A program made the position numbers and the translations under genes. The notes under the pieces are model-generated. The model was not told where the DNA came from. It searched no databases and saw nothing but the letters and a program-made list of their open reading frames with translations. From an uncultured Phycisphaerales bacterium (lineage in GTDB: Bacteria; Planctomycetota; Phycisphaerae; Tepidisphaerales; Tepidisphaeraceae): a stretch of DNA of 64,000 bases. The stretch is from the NCBI GenBank assembly GCA_963758525.1, contig CAVWVQ010000001.1, forward strand, positions 224,001 to 288,000, read 5' to 3'. This document shows positions 29,259-47,633 of the stretch, one piece after another; within the stretch, counting starts at the first letter, position 1; every line of letters begins with the position of its first letter.

Positions 29259-29475
29259 TGCGTGATTATACCCTCGTCTCGGCGATTGCGTCGTCCTGCA
29301 CGGAAGGTTTCCGCGCCGACATTCTCGCTCCGGATGTTCTCTGTGGTTGGCGGCCTATCGATCGGATCGCGAGCGACATAACACGCGCAAAAACCGGCGC
29401 GTCGCATCCTCGCACAAATTGCGAGATGCGACGCGCCGGTTTAAAGCAGCACGATCCATTAAGGTCCTATCGCGA

Positions 29476-33900
<4,425 letters not shown>

Positions 33901-34003
33901 GATCGTTGTCTTTCCTATTGTGACCGGTCAAATGCCGATCCTGATTCCACTGGTAACTCTTGAACATTTATCGTGCACACTTCGCGACCCGATCGGCCCG
34001 GAT

Positions 34004-34219
34004 TTACCCGGGCACCGATGGAACGAGCAGCACGTTCAACTTCTCGTCGTCTTCCAATTTCTCTTCCGCCTGGGCGAGCAAGTCATAATAGTCATAGTTT
34101 CGCACTCCCTGCTTATCCGGTTGAACCACAACGTAGTAAGACTCCCCATCGGAGAACACATCAATCACATCCAGGTGATAAGCCTCGCCACGCTTGCTCT
34201 GATCAGTTAGTACTGTCAT
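34004..34219 (-). CDS. small acidic hypothetical protein (71 aa)
   Basis: GGAGG RBS, MTVLTDQ... to LLVPSVPG. Confidence 0.5.
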   Translation of the reverse strand: MTVLTDQSKRGEAYHLDVIDVFSDGESYYVVVQPDKQGVRNYDYYDLLAQAEEKLEDDEKLNVLLVPSVPG

Positions 34220-34317
34220 ACCGAACCTCCAGTATGCGAAACACTGCGGCGGAGTGCGATACCGTACATCATGTCCTCGTCCTCTTCGGTCGCCAGGCCC
34301 AGCCCATGGCCCGTTCA

Positions 34318-34638
34318 TTAGGCCGATCTTTTGCGAGCGCGGCCGCCGGACTGCGGCATCGCTTCCATTAGTTTCCGCAATGCGTTGTTCACCGCTTCGG
34401 CGTCCTTGAAAACCTTCGCGACGTCCGCATCGAGCACGATCTGCCGAATATCACGCGGTTTTGCAAACACATTTCCCGGCCCGCGACCGACAAACACAAA
34501 ATCAGACGTGTCGGCCGGAACGTCATACGCCATCTCCTCGGGCGTAAACTTGACGTAACTCACCTTAGTCTTGCCCGGCGTAACGGCGCGTCTCTGCTTT
34601 ATTCGCTCTGCGAGCACTGATGATACGGATCGCTTCAT
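34318..34638 (-). CDS. BrnA-like antitoxin
   Basis: IVLDADVAKVFKDAEAVNNALRKLM; downstream of and overlapping the toxin. Confidence 0.7.
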   Translation of the reverse strand: MKRSVSSVLAERIKQRRAVTPGKTKVSYVKFTPEEMAYDVPADTSDFVFVGRGPGNVFAKPRDIRQIVLDADVAKVFKDAEAVNNALRKLMEAMPQSGGRARKRSA

Positions 34639-34855
34639 TGCAGTTTCTGTAAATGACCGCCACTAATCGGCCTCGCACGGAGATTCCCAGCAACAGCCAT
34701 CGATCTTCGTCAACCGCGTGTTTTTCGTCATATTCGATCCATTGATTTGGATCGTCGAACGCGCTGCTTGCCTCCTCGAACGTCAGGCCATGCTTTTGGC
34801 GGTTAATTGCCGCCTTCTGCGACTCCCACTCAAATTGAAGATCGCTCAACGGCAC
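34565..34855 (-). CDS. BrnT family toxin
   Basis: FEWESQKAAINRQKHGLTFEEA..EDRWLLLG..IRIISARRA. Confidence 0.9.
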   Translation of the reverse strand: MPLSDLQFEWESQKAAINRQKHGLTFEEASSAFDDPNQWIEYDEKHAVDEDRWLLLGISVRGRLVAVIYRNCNEAIRIISARRANKAETRRYAGQD

Positions 34856-34876
34856 CTCTCCGGCTGTTTCCCTTCA

Positions 34877-38647
<3,771 letters not shown>

Positions 38648-39051
38648 CAGATTTTCCTTTTCCCGAATACGGAGGAGAGTGAGCCGTTGAGGTCATCCAA
38701 ACGCACATTGGCTGAAAAAAGAGACAAGTCTGACTCAGAGCGTGCCGATATAAAAATGCGGATCGAACACGCCATCAAGTCATCCATCAACGAAAAAAAT
38801 ACAGAACCTCCCCCTCCCGCCGGCGGGGTCGTTCTTTGCGACTGAGATTATTTTTAAGCTGCCTGCACCAATAGAAGCTCTCAAAGTTTAGCAATCTGCG
38901 GACCAGAGTCAAGGGGGAAACTTCTTTCGCTCCCCGCACTCTTCACTTCTTCGCACGCGAAAGGCAACTTCCGCAAAGGGCAAGCAACGCACTGCCCTTT
39001 CGGCGAACTCCAGCATGCGCACGCCGGGCGGTCCCTGGAACGCGGGCCCGG

Positions 39052-39125
39052 CCAGGGTTCAGGGTGTCAGGTTCAGCACGTCTGAATTGCATGAACCCTG
39101 AACCCTGAACCCTGAACCCTGAACC
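39052..39125. repeat. short tandem repeat hairpin (TGAACCC units)
   Basis: CAGGGTTCAGGGTGTCAGGTTCAG followed by (TGAACCC)x4-5. Confidence 0.8.
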
Positions 39126-39160
39126 GCTGCAAGATCTTTTGAGGCAGGCGATTGTCGTGC

Positions 39161-39556
39161 TTACTTGAGCTCGACAGTCGCGCCCTGATCTTCCAGCTCT
39201 TTCTTGAGCTTGTCGGCGTCGGCCTTGGGAAGGGCTTCCTTGACGGTCTTCGGAGCGCCTTCGACCAAATCCTTGGCTTCCTTCAGACCAAGTCCGGTCG
39301 CCGCGCGAACGACCTTGATGACGTTGATCTTCTTCTCGCCGGCAGCCTTGAGGATGACGTCGAAGTTGGTCTTGACCTCCGGCGCCTCGGCCGCGGCGGC
39401 CGGGCCAGCCGGACCAGCGGCAGCCATCACTGCGCCGGCGGCGGGTTCGATTCCGTGTGCTTCCTTGAGATAGGCAGCCAGATCGACCGCCTGCTTGAGG
39501 GTGAGACCGACGATCTTGTCGCCGAGTTCTTTGATTTCAGTTGCGAATTCTGCCAT
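39161..39556 (-). CDS. rplL: 50S ribosomal protein L7/L12
   Basis: [25 protein letters not shown]. Confidence 0.98.
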   Translation of the reverse strand: MAEFATEIKELGDKIVGLTLKQAVDLAAYLKEAHGIEPAAGAVMAAAGPAGPAAAAEAPEVKTNFDVILKAAGEKKINVIKVVRAATGLGLKEAKDLVEGAPKTVKEALPKADADKLKKELEDQGATVELK

Positions 39557-39756
39557 GACTTCTTCTCCGGGACGTGTCGTGTCCCAACCGTGTCGAGTTC
39601 AATCCCGCCCGAGAGCACGCCTCACATCGAGGCGATTTAATCCCGTGAAAGCCGGGAGCAGTCGGAGCCGTCGGATTTTTCTGAATCAGCTTCTTCGGGG
39701 TTCCCGTGAATACACGCTCCCTTCGGGTCGCGGTTCACCGGGAGATATCCTTCTCG

Positions 39757-40425
39757 TTATGTCGTGGGTGGCGCGGCGGGCGCCGTCGGCTCGGCCGCTG
39801 CTGCAGCAGGTTCCGCAGCGGGCGGCGCGACAGGAGCAGCTTCGGGAGCGGCGGCGGCCTCTGGAACCGATGCAGCTTCGGGCGCTGGAGCGGCCGATTC
39901 CTTTTCTTTTGCTTTCTCTTCGACCGTCTTGATGAGCGACGCAATCCGGCCGCCCTGGCTCTTGAGGATCCCGCCCAGCTTTTTGCCCGGCGAGAGAATC
40001 AGGGCCACCAGCGATCCGATCGCCTCTTCCCGCGTCGGCAGCTTGCTGACCTGCTCCACGCCCTTTTCGCCGGTGTAGATCTCACCGTCGAAGAAGATGC
40101 CGCGCAGCTCGAGCGTTTCCAGATTCTTCTTTTCATCGAGCAGGGCGCGGGCAACCGTCGAGATGCTCGCCTTGCCGAAGACGACGGCGCTGGGCCCGTC
40201 CAGGAGTTTATCGAAGCCCCATATCTTGCTCTTCTCGCCGACCGCGCGCTTCGCCAGCGTGTTTTTCACGACGACCATTTTCAGGCCTTTTTCGTGAAGC
40301 CGCCGGCGAATCAAATTGTTCTTGATCGCGTCGATGCCGCGCGGATTGATGACGGCCACACCGTCCACATCCTGGAACTTCGCGGTCATCTCGTTGGTGA
40401 TGCTTTCTTTGACTCTTTTGCTCAT
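39757..40425 (-). CDS. rplJ: 50S ribosomal protein L10 with Ala/Pro/Glu-rich tail
   Basis: VVKNTLAKRA, LPTREEAI; position in the operon. Confidence 0.93.
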   Translation of the reverse strand: MSKRVKESITNEMTAKFQDVDGVAVINPRGIDAIKNNLIRRRLHEKGLKMVVVKNTLAKRAVGEKSKIWGFDKLLDGPSAVVFGKASISTVARALLDEKKNLETLELRGIFFDGEIYTGEKGVEQVSKLPTREEAIGSLVALILSPGKKLGGILKSQGGRIASLIKTVEEKAKEKESAAPAPEAASVPEAAAAPEAAPVAPPAAEPAAAAAEPTAPAAPPTT

Positions 40426-40525
40426 CGGACACTTCCTCGCTCATCAGTCGATCGGGGTCGCTCGTTTGCTCGCGATCGCAGCCCCGGATGTACATCCGGG
40501 GCTTCTTCATTTATCGCTTCTTCAG

Positions 40526-41224
40526 TTATTGCACGGAAAGATAAACAGCGGGCGTCATCGTGCCCTTGAGCACGACCTTCTTAAAGTAGTGCCCCTTGCT
40601 GGTCGGCGGCTTCATTTTGCGAATCTGCGCAACCATCGCGTTGATGTTGTCGGTGAGCTTTTCCTTGGCAAAGCTCATCTTGCCCACGACGCTATGGATG
40701 TTGCCGCCGGTATCGTTGCGGAACTCGATTTTGCCGGCGGAGTATTCCTTGACGGCTGCCGCGACATCGGCCGTCACGGTGCCGGCTTTGGGCGAAGGCA
40801 TCAGCCCCTTGGGCCCCAGGACCTTACCGAGCCGGCCGACGAACCGCATCATGTCGGGCGTGGAAACCGCGACATCGAAGTCCGTGAAATTTTCCTTCTC
40901 AATCGCCTGGACGAGCTCCTGACCACCCGCGCGGATCGCGCCGGCGGCGGTCGCCAGCGGAGCGAGGTGATCGGGGCAGAACGCGACGACGCGCTTGGTC
41001 TTCCCCACGCCGTGCGGCAGGGAGAGCGATCCGCGAATCATCTGATCCGCCTGCTTCGCGTCGATGCCCAGCGAGAAAATCAGCTCAACCGACTGGTCGA
41101 ACTTGGTGGCGTCGAATGTCTTGAGGAGATCGATCCCCTTGTCGATGGAAACCAAGTCCGGAACCGCCTTCTTGGCGGCAGCCTTGTATCGCTTGGAACG
41201 TTCGATGACTACTGACTGGGCCAT
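40526..41224 (-). CDS. rplA: 50S ribosomal protein L1
   Basis: KFDQSVE, LPHGVGK, LGPKGLMPSPKAGTV. Confidence 0.98.
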   Translation of the reverse strand: MAQSVVIERSKRYKAAAKKAVPDLVSIDKGIDLLKTFDATKFDQSVELIFSLGIDAKQADQMIRGSLSLPHGVGKTKRVVAFCPDHLAPLATAAGAIRAGGQELVQAIEKENFTDFDVAVSTPDMMRFVGRLGKVLGPKGLMPSPKAGTVTADVAAAVKEYSAGKIEFRNDTGGNIHSVVGKMSFAKEKLTDNINAMVAQIRKMKPPTSKGHYFKKVVLKGTMTPAVYLSVQ

Positions 41225-41315
41225 TTTGCCCCGTCGCTTTCCGGGTCGAAATCAGCTTCGACCAAAGCTCCCACTGTTACTGCCCGTGGTGCGGCAACTG
41301 TTGTACTCCGCGGCG

Positions 41316-41795
41316 TTATGCCGCTCCTGCCTCAGACGCTCTGGCATTCTCGATCCCGGTGCTGATGCGTGTCACCAGAAGCAGATCGATCCATTGAGTC
41401 CGCTCGCCGCCAGTGGCGACGTATATCGTCCGTCCGCCTTGGGTCCGCGACGCGAACTCCGGACCGATCACGCCAATCTTCGAGCCATCGGCAACGTGAA
41501 TCGTAAATGGCTCGAAAGGCCGACGCTTTAGAAACTCGTCAAACTTTTCGACCGTCATCGGTTCGACCACCTCTCGCGCCTCGGCGGGGATCACTTCGTC
41601 AACGTCGGCGAGCAGAATCCGCGTGCGCATCTCGCCGTCCTCGCCGAACACTTCCAGCCATTGCATCCCAGGCGGAAACCATGCCTGGCGGGGAAGCGAA
41701 ATTCGCACCGTCGCGCCAGACCTTAAGCCAACGACGAACGGCAGAAAAGGGTCTCGCCGAAGGCACGATCGAATTCGCTCGCCCGGCGACATCAC
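41316..41795 (-). CDS. hypothetical protein with two tandem RxPFxPF domains
   Basis: LRRDPFLPFVVGLRSG and LKRRPFEPFTIHVADG repeats. Confidence 0.65.
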   Translation of the reverse strand: MMSPGERIRSCLRRDPFLPFVVGLRSGATVRISLPRQAWFPPGMQWLEVFGEDGEMRTRILLADVDEVIPAEAREVVEPMTVEKFDEFLKRRPFEPFTIHVADGSKIGVIGPEFASRTQGGRTIYVATGGERTQWIDLLLVTRISTGIENARASEAGAA

Positions 41796-42224
41796 TCATC
41801 CTTCAACCGTGATTCCCATCGACCGCGCGGTTCCCGCAATCACGCGGGCAGCCTTCTCTTCGTCGAAGGCGTTGATCTCCTTGCCCTTCTCCTTGGCGAT
41901 CGCCTTGCACTGAGCCATGGTGATCTTGCCGATCTTATTTTTGTTTGGCTCGCCGCTGCCCTTCTCGGCCTTGACCAGATCCTTGAGCATGACGCTGGCC
42001 GGGGGGCTCTTCAGCTCGAAGCTGAACGTGCGGTCCTTATAGACGGTCACGAGCACGCCGATCACTTTGCCCTTGAGATGGGCCGAGGCGGCGTTGAACT
42101 GCTGGATAAACTGGCCGGGGTTCACGCCGTGCTGGCCAAGAGCCGGTCCGATCGGCGGCGCGGGGGTCGCAGTGCCACCGGGCGCCTGCAGCTTAAACTG
42201 AACTGTGATTTCCTTCTTCGCCAT
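41796..42224 (-). CDS. rplK: 50S ribosomal protein L11
   Basis: ATPAPPIGPALGQHGVN, IAGTARSMGI. Confidence 0.98.
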   Translation of the reverse strand: MAKKEITVQFKLQAPGGTATPAPPIGPALGQHGVNPGQFIQQFNAASAHLKGKVIGVLVTVYKDRTFSFELKSPPASVMLKDLVKAEKGSGEPNKNKIGKITMAQCKAIAKEKGKEINAFDEEKAARVIAGTARSMGITVEG

Positions 42225-42342
42225 GGGACCGTCTGCCTCTCTGCTGTGCGGACGCTTGCTCCGCTCTAAAAAGTCACGGCGAGCAAACTCGCCGGCTAAA
42301 TGTTCTGCGGAACGAAGCCGCAACGGCCACGCCGCAGTTGAG

Positions 42343-42639
42343 CTATTCCACCTCTGTATCGATCACTCGGGCGCTGGCTTGCCGTCGCTCGCTAGATCCG
42401 CCTGTCACTTGCACTTCACTGCCGGCCGGCCGGGTCAACTGCTTCAAAAAGCTGTAGATCGGCGCCGCCAACAGTAAAAGGGCGAGGATACTAATCAGAA
42501 ACATCGCAATTGACAAGGCCGCGACAATCAAACCCGGAATCGCGGCAACAAAAACCAGCAGCCGCGCCCATCCCGGCAGCCCCACGACTCCGCCGCGAAC
42601 GCCGTCAATCCTGCCAACATATGCCGAAAAGCGCGACAC
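42343..42639 (-). CDS. small two-TM membrane protein
   Basis: GGAGGCTGAAAGG RBS; hydrophobic hairpin. Confidence 0.6.
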   Translation of the reverse strand: MSRFSAYVGRIDGVRGGVVGLPGWARLLVFVAAIPGLIVAALSIAMFLISILALLLLAAPIYSFLKQLTRPAGSEVQVTGGSSERRQASARVIDTEVE

Positions 42640-42700
42640 GTCATCCTTTCAGCCTCCGTCTTACGCCTCAATGCAGGGCACTCAGAACCGTATGCGAATC

Positions 42701-43474
42701 CTACAGCGCCGCGGCAATTAATGATTTCGCCCATTCCTGGTCGGCATCGCTCAGTTGCAGATCGCACGGTTGATCGTAGCGAATTCGCCGCCGGTACCGC
42801 CCCGCCTCATACGCGTGGGAAACGGCCGCTTCCAACTCCAGGCCAACATCTGCGTCACCTTCCGCAAGCGGGATGTTCACAACCGGCAATGCATCGCGCA
42901 GTGTCGTTTGATACAGCTCGAATCGATTACGTCGCGGCCAGCGGCTCACGCACGTTATGTAGTCAAACGGTTGAAACTCTTCCAGCCGCCACTGCGGAAT
43001 GCTCAGGCTCCGGCTGCCGCTTCGCAAGAGATCAATTTCCACCAGATGACAGTCGCGAGCCAGCAACTCCTCCTGTTTCCGGAGGTAAGACGCCTGTCCT
43101 GGCCCGGGTCGTTTGTTGGTGGGGCTGAGGACTTCGATGGCACATACCAACTTTAGCTGGTCGTATGAATCGAGCACCTCGACGCGCCCCTCGCTCAACT
43201 CCAACTCTTCAACCTCAACTATGACTGCGCTGCCACCGTGGTGGAGCGAGCGCGGCGACAGTGGGCCAGGCTCCTTCGTGCGCGTTACCCAGACATCCGG
43301 CACACGTCGTTGCGGGCCTTCAATGAACACGCGCTCTTCAATCGATGTCACGTAGCGGGGATCGAGCTTTGGCTGAAGATGCTCGGCGATCGCGTTGATC
43401 AGCCGTGCGTGAAAGCCCTCCCAAAGGACGGGATGCTCCAGGGATGGATCCATGCCAGGAAAGGGGCTCTTCAC
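42701..43474 (-). CDS. DUF4058 family protein (PD-(D/E)xK-like)
   Basis: KSPFPGMDPSLE, PDV, IEVLSPTNK, HLVEIDLLR. Confidence 0.88.
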   Translation of the reverse strand: MKSPFPGMDPSLEHPVLWEGFHARLINAIAEHLQPKLDPRYVTSIEERVFIEGPQRRVPDVWVTRTKEPGPLSPRSLHHGGSAVIVEVEELELSEGRVEVLDSYDQLKLVCAIEVLSPTNKRPGPGQASYLRKQEELLARDCHLVEIDLLRSGSRSLSIPQWRLEEFQPFDYITCVSRWPRRNRFELYQTTLRDALPVVNIPLAEGDADVGLELEAAVSHAYEAGRYRRRIRYDQPCDLQLSDADQEWAKSLIAAAL

Positions 43475-43495
43475 CCGCTCATTGTACCAGCAGGA

Positions 43496-44037
43496 TCACA
43501 TTCTTTCGATCTGCCAGTATTCGAGCTCCAGCGGCGTCGGGCGGCCGAAGATCGTGGTGATGATCCGCACCATTCCCTTGTCGGAAATGACCTCGTCAAC
43601 GTCGCCCTCGAAGTTGATGAATGCTCCGTTGGTGACTTTGATCCGCTCGCCCTTCTTGAACTGTGCCTCGAAACGCGGGCCTTCATCCGGGCGCTCGGCT
43701 TCCTCGAGCATCTTGGCCTGGTCCTTGGGGGACATCGGCGTGGGCTTCCCGTTGGACCCGATGAAGTCCCCGACTCCGTCGGTTTCCTTGATCAGGAACC
43801 AGACTTTTTCCGGGATGGTCCCGTTTTTGTCCAACTCCAGCTCGATAAACACGTAGCCGGGGTAAAGCTTGCGTTCGGTGTCGCGGCGCTTGCCGTCCTT
43901 CATGGAGCGGACCCGCTCGGTGGGCACCAGGATCCGGTTGACGACACCTTCGAGCCCTTCGATCTTGACCTTGCGCACAGCGCCTCCCGGACACGGTCCT
44001 CTTTATTGCTCGCCACTCTCAAAACGAAAAATTGCAT
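43496..44037 (-). CDS. nusG: transcription factor NusG (frameshift ~43980)
   Basis: MQFFVLRVASNKE, KLYPGYVF, KOW motif, IFGRPTPLEL. Confidence 0.95.
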
Positions 44038-44061
44038 GATGTTGCTCAGCCTTGGGACCGA

Positions 44062-44643
44062 TCAGCTGCCAAACGGGCCGGCCTTCAGGACGCCGATGAT
44101 GTGAAAAAGGTAATGGAACAGAATATCAACCACGAACAAAAAGACGGCCACCGAGAACATGAAGATGATGACGATCTTCGTCGACGCGATCAGATCGCGC
44201 CGGCTCGTCCAATTCACCTTCTTCATCTCACTGTCGGTCGCGATCAGGAACTCCACGTTGTCGGGCTTGTTGGTGATCCAGAATCCCAACAATGAAAAAC
44301 CCACCAGAAAAACTGCGGCGGAAATCAGGGCGATCCGGAAATGCAGCGTCTCAGAGGCCCTTGAAACCGCTTCCGCATCCGCCGGGGACAATGTCGAGAG
44401 ATACGCCTGCGATGGCGACGGCAGCAGGCTCGGCAGATTGACGAAGATGTTGTACGCCGTGAACAGGGCGAGCAGCCCGATTCCGATTGCCGTCCCCATC
44501 CGCGTCCAATAGCCATGGCCCTTCTTCTGGATGGTGAAGAAGCCGTCGGCGCCAGGCTTGCGCCTGAAGCCCTCATCCTGTTTGGGGACCTCCGCTTCGG
44601 CCATCGCCTTGCTCTCTTGTTCTGTTTTGGTCACTGAGGCCAT
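44062..44643 (-). CDS. secE: preprotein translocase SecE
   Basis: FLIATDSEMKKVNWTSR; upstream of nusG. Confidence 0.9.
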   Translation of the reverse strand: MASVTKTEQESKAMAEAEVPKQDEGFRRKPGADGFFTIQKKGHGYWTRMGTAIGIGLLALFTAYNIFVNLPSLLPSPSQAYLSTLSPADAEAVSRASETLHFRIALISAAVFLVGFSLLGFWITNKPDNVEFLIATDSEMKKVNWTSRRDLIASTKIVIIFMFSVAVFLFVVDILFHYLFHIIGVLKAGPFGS

Positions 44644-44707
44644 GAGCTCCGCCGATCACCTCGGAAGCACCGATGCGACGATTTCGCGCGCCGAGCCTTT
44701 TCGCTCA

Positions 44708-44780
44708 CACGCCAGGAGGGAATCGAACCCCCAACCTGCCGCTTTGGAGACGGCCGCTCTGCCAATTGAGCTACTGGCGT
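44708..44780 (-). tRNA. tRNA-Trp(CCA)
   Basis: Cloverleaf; anticodon arm GCCGT-CTCCAAA-GCGGC; GGTTCGATT; CCA end not encoded. Confidence 0.95.
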
Positions 44781-44787
44781 AGGGGAG

Positions 44788-44957
44788 GAAGGCACGAAGG
44801 CACGGAGGCACGAAGGCACGAAGGTAGAAAACCGCCGTGCCTCCGTTAGTCCTGCTATGCCATCCTGCCTTTCTTCCAGTCAATATCGCCAGAGGCCCGC
44901 CGCACTCGGCACGATGCACTTCACTTCGTGCCTTCGTGCCTTGGTGCCTTCGTGCCT
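44788..44957. repeat. inverted pair of 8-mer tandem repeats (GGCACGAA / TTCGTGCC)
   Basis: Tracts at ~44788-44824 and ~44924-44957; same unit also at ~1477-1503. Confidence 0.8.
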
Positions 44958-44963
44958 CTCTTA

Positions 44964-45128
44964 TTACTTTCTCTTGACCTTGTGCATCGTATGGCGGCGC
45001 AGCCGTGGGGAGTATTTCTTCACTTCCACTTTCTGCGGCCCGCCAGCGACCTTGATCTCCGTGCGATAGTTGAGGTCGCCCGTCTCGGTGCACTGCAGCC
45101 AGACCATTTCTCGGCTCTCTTTAGCCAT
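44964..45128 (-). CDS. rpmG: 50S ribosomal protein L33 (non-Zn-ribbon type)
   Basis: Hand-translated MAKESREMVWLQCTETGDLNYRTEIK..KKYSPRLRRHTMHKVKRK; between tuf and tRNA-Trp. Confidence 0.93.
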   Translation of the reverse strand: MAKESREMVWLQCTETGDLNYRTEIKVAGGPQKVEVKKYSPRLRRHTMHKVKRK

Positions 45129-45136
45129 GGAACACC

Positions 45137-46336
45137 TTACTCAAGGATCTTGACGACCACACCCGAGCCGACGGTCTTGCCGCCTTCACGAACGGCAAAT
45201 CGCAGCTTCTCTTCCATGGCGATCGGCGACTGCAGCTCGACCTCCATGGTGACGTTGTCGCCCGGCATGACCATTTCCGCGCCGCCCAGCAGCTTGGCAG
45301 AACCCGTCACGTCGGTGGTGCGGAAGTAAAACTGCGGACGATACCCGGTGAAGAACGGGGTATGACGCCCGCCCTCTTCCTTGGTCAGCACATAGACTTC
45401 CGCCTGGAACTTCTTGTGCGGCGTGATCGACTTGGGAAGCGCCAGCACCTGCCCGCGCTCCAGATCTTCCTTTTCAATGCCGCGGAGCAGCAACCCGGCG
45501 TTGTCGCCGGCGATGCCCTCGTCCATGCTCTTGTTGAACTGCTCGATGTCGGTGACCGTCGTGCTGCGCGTGTCCTTGAGGCCGACGATTTCGATGGTGT
45601 CGCCCTTGCGGATCTTGCCGCGCTCGATACGGCCGGTGCCGACCGTGCCGCGACCCTTGATGCTGAAGACGTCTTCGATCGGCATCAGGAACGGCTTGTC
45701 GATTTCGCGCTGCGGGATCGGAACGTACGCGTCCAGCGCCTTGATGAGTTCATCAATGCACTTGTTGGCCGTGTCGTCGGTGGGGTTCTGCACCGCCGGG
45801 AGCGACGAGCCGCGGATCACCGGCGTGTCATCGCCCGGGAATCCGTACTTGGTCAGCAGCTCGCGGATTTCCATGTCCACCAGCTCCAGCAACTCCGGAT
45901 CATCGACCAGATCGATCTTATTGAGGAAGACGACGATCTTCGGCACGCCCACCTGGCGAGCCAGGAGAATGTGCTCGCGCGTCTGCGGCATCGGGCCGTC
46001 GGCGGCGGAGACCACCAGAATCGCGCCGTCCATCTGGGCGGCGCCGGTGATCATGTTCTTGATGTAGTCGGCATGGCCCGGACAGTCGACGTGAGCGTAG
46101 TGCCGGCTCTCCGACTCATACTCCACATGCGCAGCCGCGATCGTCACGGTCTTGGTCGCGTCACGCTCGGTGCCGCCCTTGGCAATGTCCTTGTAGGCCT
46201 TTGCGGTCACGGACGTGAACTTCGCCGCCGAGCGGGCGCTCAGCGCCGCCGTCAGCGTGGTCTTGCCGTGGTCGATGTGACCAATGGTGCCGACGTTCAC
46301 GTGCGGCTTTTTCCGTTCGAATACTCCCTTTGCCAT
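45137..46336 (-). CDS. tuf: elongation factor Tu
   Basis: [29 protein letters not shown]. Confidence 0.99.
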   Translation of the reverse strand: MAKGVFERKKPHVNVGTIGHIDHGKTTLTAALSARSAAKFTSVTAKAYKDIAKGGTERDATKTVTIAAAHVEYESESRHYAHVDCPGHADYIKNMITGAAQMDGAILVVSAADGPMPQTREHILLARQVGVPKIVVFLNKIDLVDDPELLELVDMEIRELLTKYGFPGDDTPVIRGSSLPAVQNPTDDTANKCIDELIKALDAYVPIPQREIDKPFLMPIEDVFSIKGRGTVGTGRIERGKIRKGDTIEIVGLKDTRSTTVTDIEQFNKSMDEGIAGDNAGLLLRGIEKEDLERGQVLALPKSITPHKKFQAEVYVLTKEEGGRHTPFFTGYRPQFYFRTTDVTGSAKLLGGAEMVMPGDNVTMEVELQSPIAMEEKLRFAVREGGKTVGSGVVVKILE

Positions 46337-46485
46337 GGTTGCTAACCTCCAGAAATCATTTGCTGTGACAATCAACCGGCGACTTGTGATCGAGTCCGCG
46401 ACCCGGCGTGCATCAGAAATCGCAATTCAGAAATCGTTTCGTATCCACCTGACTGCTTGCCTGCCTGTGTCTGTCCAGGTGCTCA

Positions 46486-46557
46486 AGCTGGCACAGGGGC
46501 TTGAACCCTGGACCTCCACCTTACCAAGGTGGCGCTCTACCACTGAGCTATGCCAGC
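46486..46557 (-). tRNA. tRNA-Thr(GGT)
   Basis: Anticodon arm CCACC-TTGGTAA-GGTGG; upstream of tuf. Confidence 0.95.
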
Positions 46558-46745
46558 GATAACGCTCTGTCATCGGCGACACGACTCGACTTCAACGGCG
46601 GAATCAACACCGCGTCCGTGCGCACCGGAAGCGTTGAAGGGGGAGAAGTATAAGTGGCACTCAGGCAATGTCAATTCAGTCAGCCGGCTCATTTTAGCAC
46701 GGCCGCGCACGAATTTCCGCAGAGTGACTTCTTGCCTCCTCCCCT

Positions 46746-46888
46746 GGGTGTGGCGCTCGAAAGTGGCGATCGGCTCCGAGTAGGGCGGGATTCATCCCGC
46801 CGATTTGTTGGCCGGCTGAGAAAACGGCGGGATGAATCCCGCCCTACGATCGCAAAATCTGCAATCGCCACAAATAAAAGTTACACCC
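46746..46888. mobile_element. 143-bp MITE, copy 1
   Basis: GGGTGT..ACACCC ends; 8-bp target duplication CCTCCCCT; identical to 60294-60436. Confidence 0.88.
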
Positions 46889-47145
46889 CCTCCCCTCGTA
46901 CCCGGGGGGAGGACTGAGGTGGGGGGAATCGTTCATTTGACGCGGCCCACTGAACGGACGAACCCCCACCCCAACCCTCCAGTAATAGGGGAGGGGGCAA
47001 GAGCGGGATATCGCCGCGAACAGGTTTCACCGAGACTTCGCGCCACTTCGCGCTCGACCGAGTCCCGGCCGCTCGACGTGGTGAAATCAGAAATCGCCGG
47101 CTATTATTCGAACGCGTTCGACGGATCTAACAGAGCGAGCTGCTT

Positions 47146-47568
47146 ATGCGTTTTTCCGTTTTCATCCTGTTTCCCGTCGCGGCGCTCCTCACGGGCGGGT
47201 GCGTGACAGCGCATTACCGGTACGCCATCGAAGTGCCGGGGGCTGATGCGGCAACGCCCGCGACGGTGGAGCTTCGCTGGAAGGGCGGAAGCCGAGCCTT
47301 TACCGTCAAGTCGAATGAGTGTGTGGCGACGCGGTTCACGGAGCTCATGCAGCCGGCGGGATGCGTCTTTGCGGATATTCCGCGCGGGCTCAGCGTGCGC
47401 GTGACGCGCGACGGGTATCAGCCGTGGGAGCACGATTACCAGTATGTGGACGAAGACTTCCGCACGAAAAAGTGGGACAGTTTCGTCCGGCAGGACGTGA
47501 TTCAGTTGGAGTCGATCTACAGCAAGGGGGACTCCAAGCAGATTGATGGCACGCCGGTTTATCGGTGA
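47146..47568 (+). CDS. hypothetical lipoprotein
   Basis: Lipobox LLTGGC. Confidence 0.6.
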   Translation: MRFSVFILFPVAALLTGGCVTAHYRYAIEVPGADAATPATVELRWKGGSRAFTVKSNECVATRFTELMQPAGCVFADIPRGLSVRVTRDGYQPWEHDYQYVDEDFRTKKWDSFVRQDVIQLESIYSKGDSKQIDGTPVYR

Positions 47569-47633
47569 GCGTTGCCCGTCACGACTGCACGCGCCGACGA
47601 CGGAGCGGGAAAGACCGCGATCAAACTCGGAGG

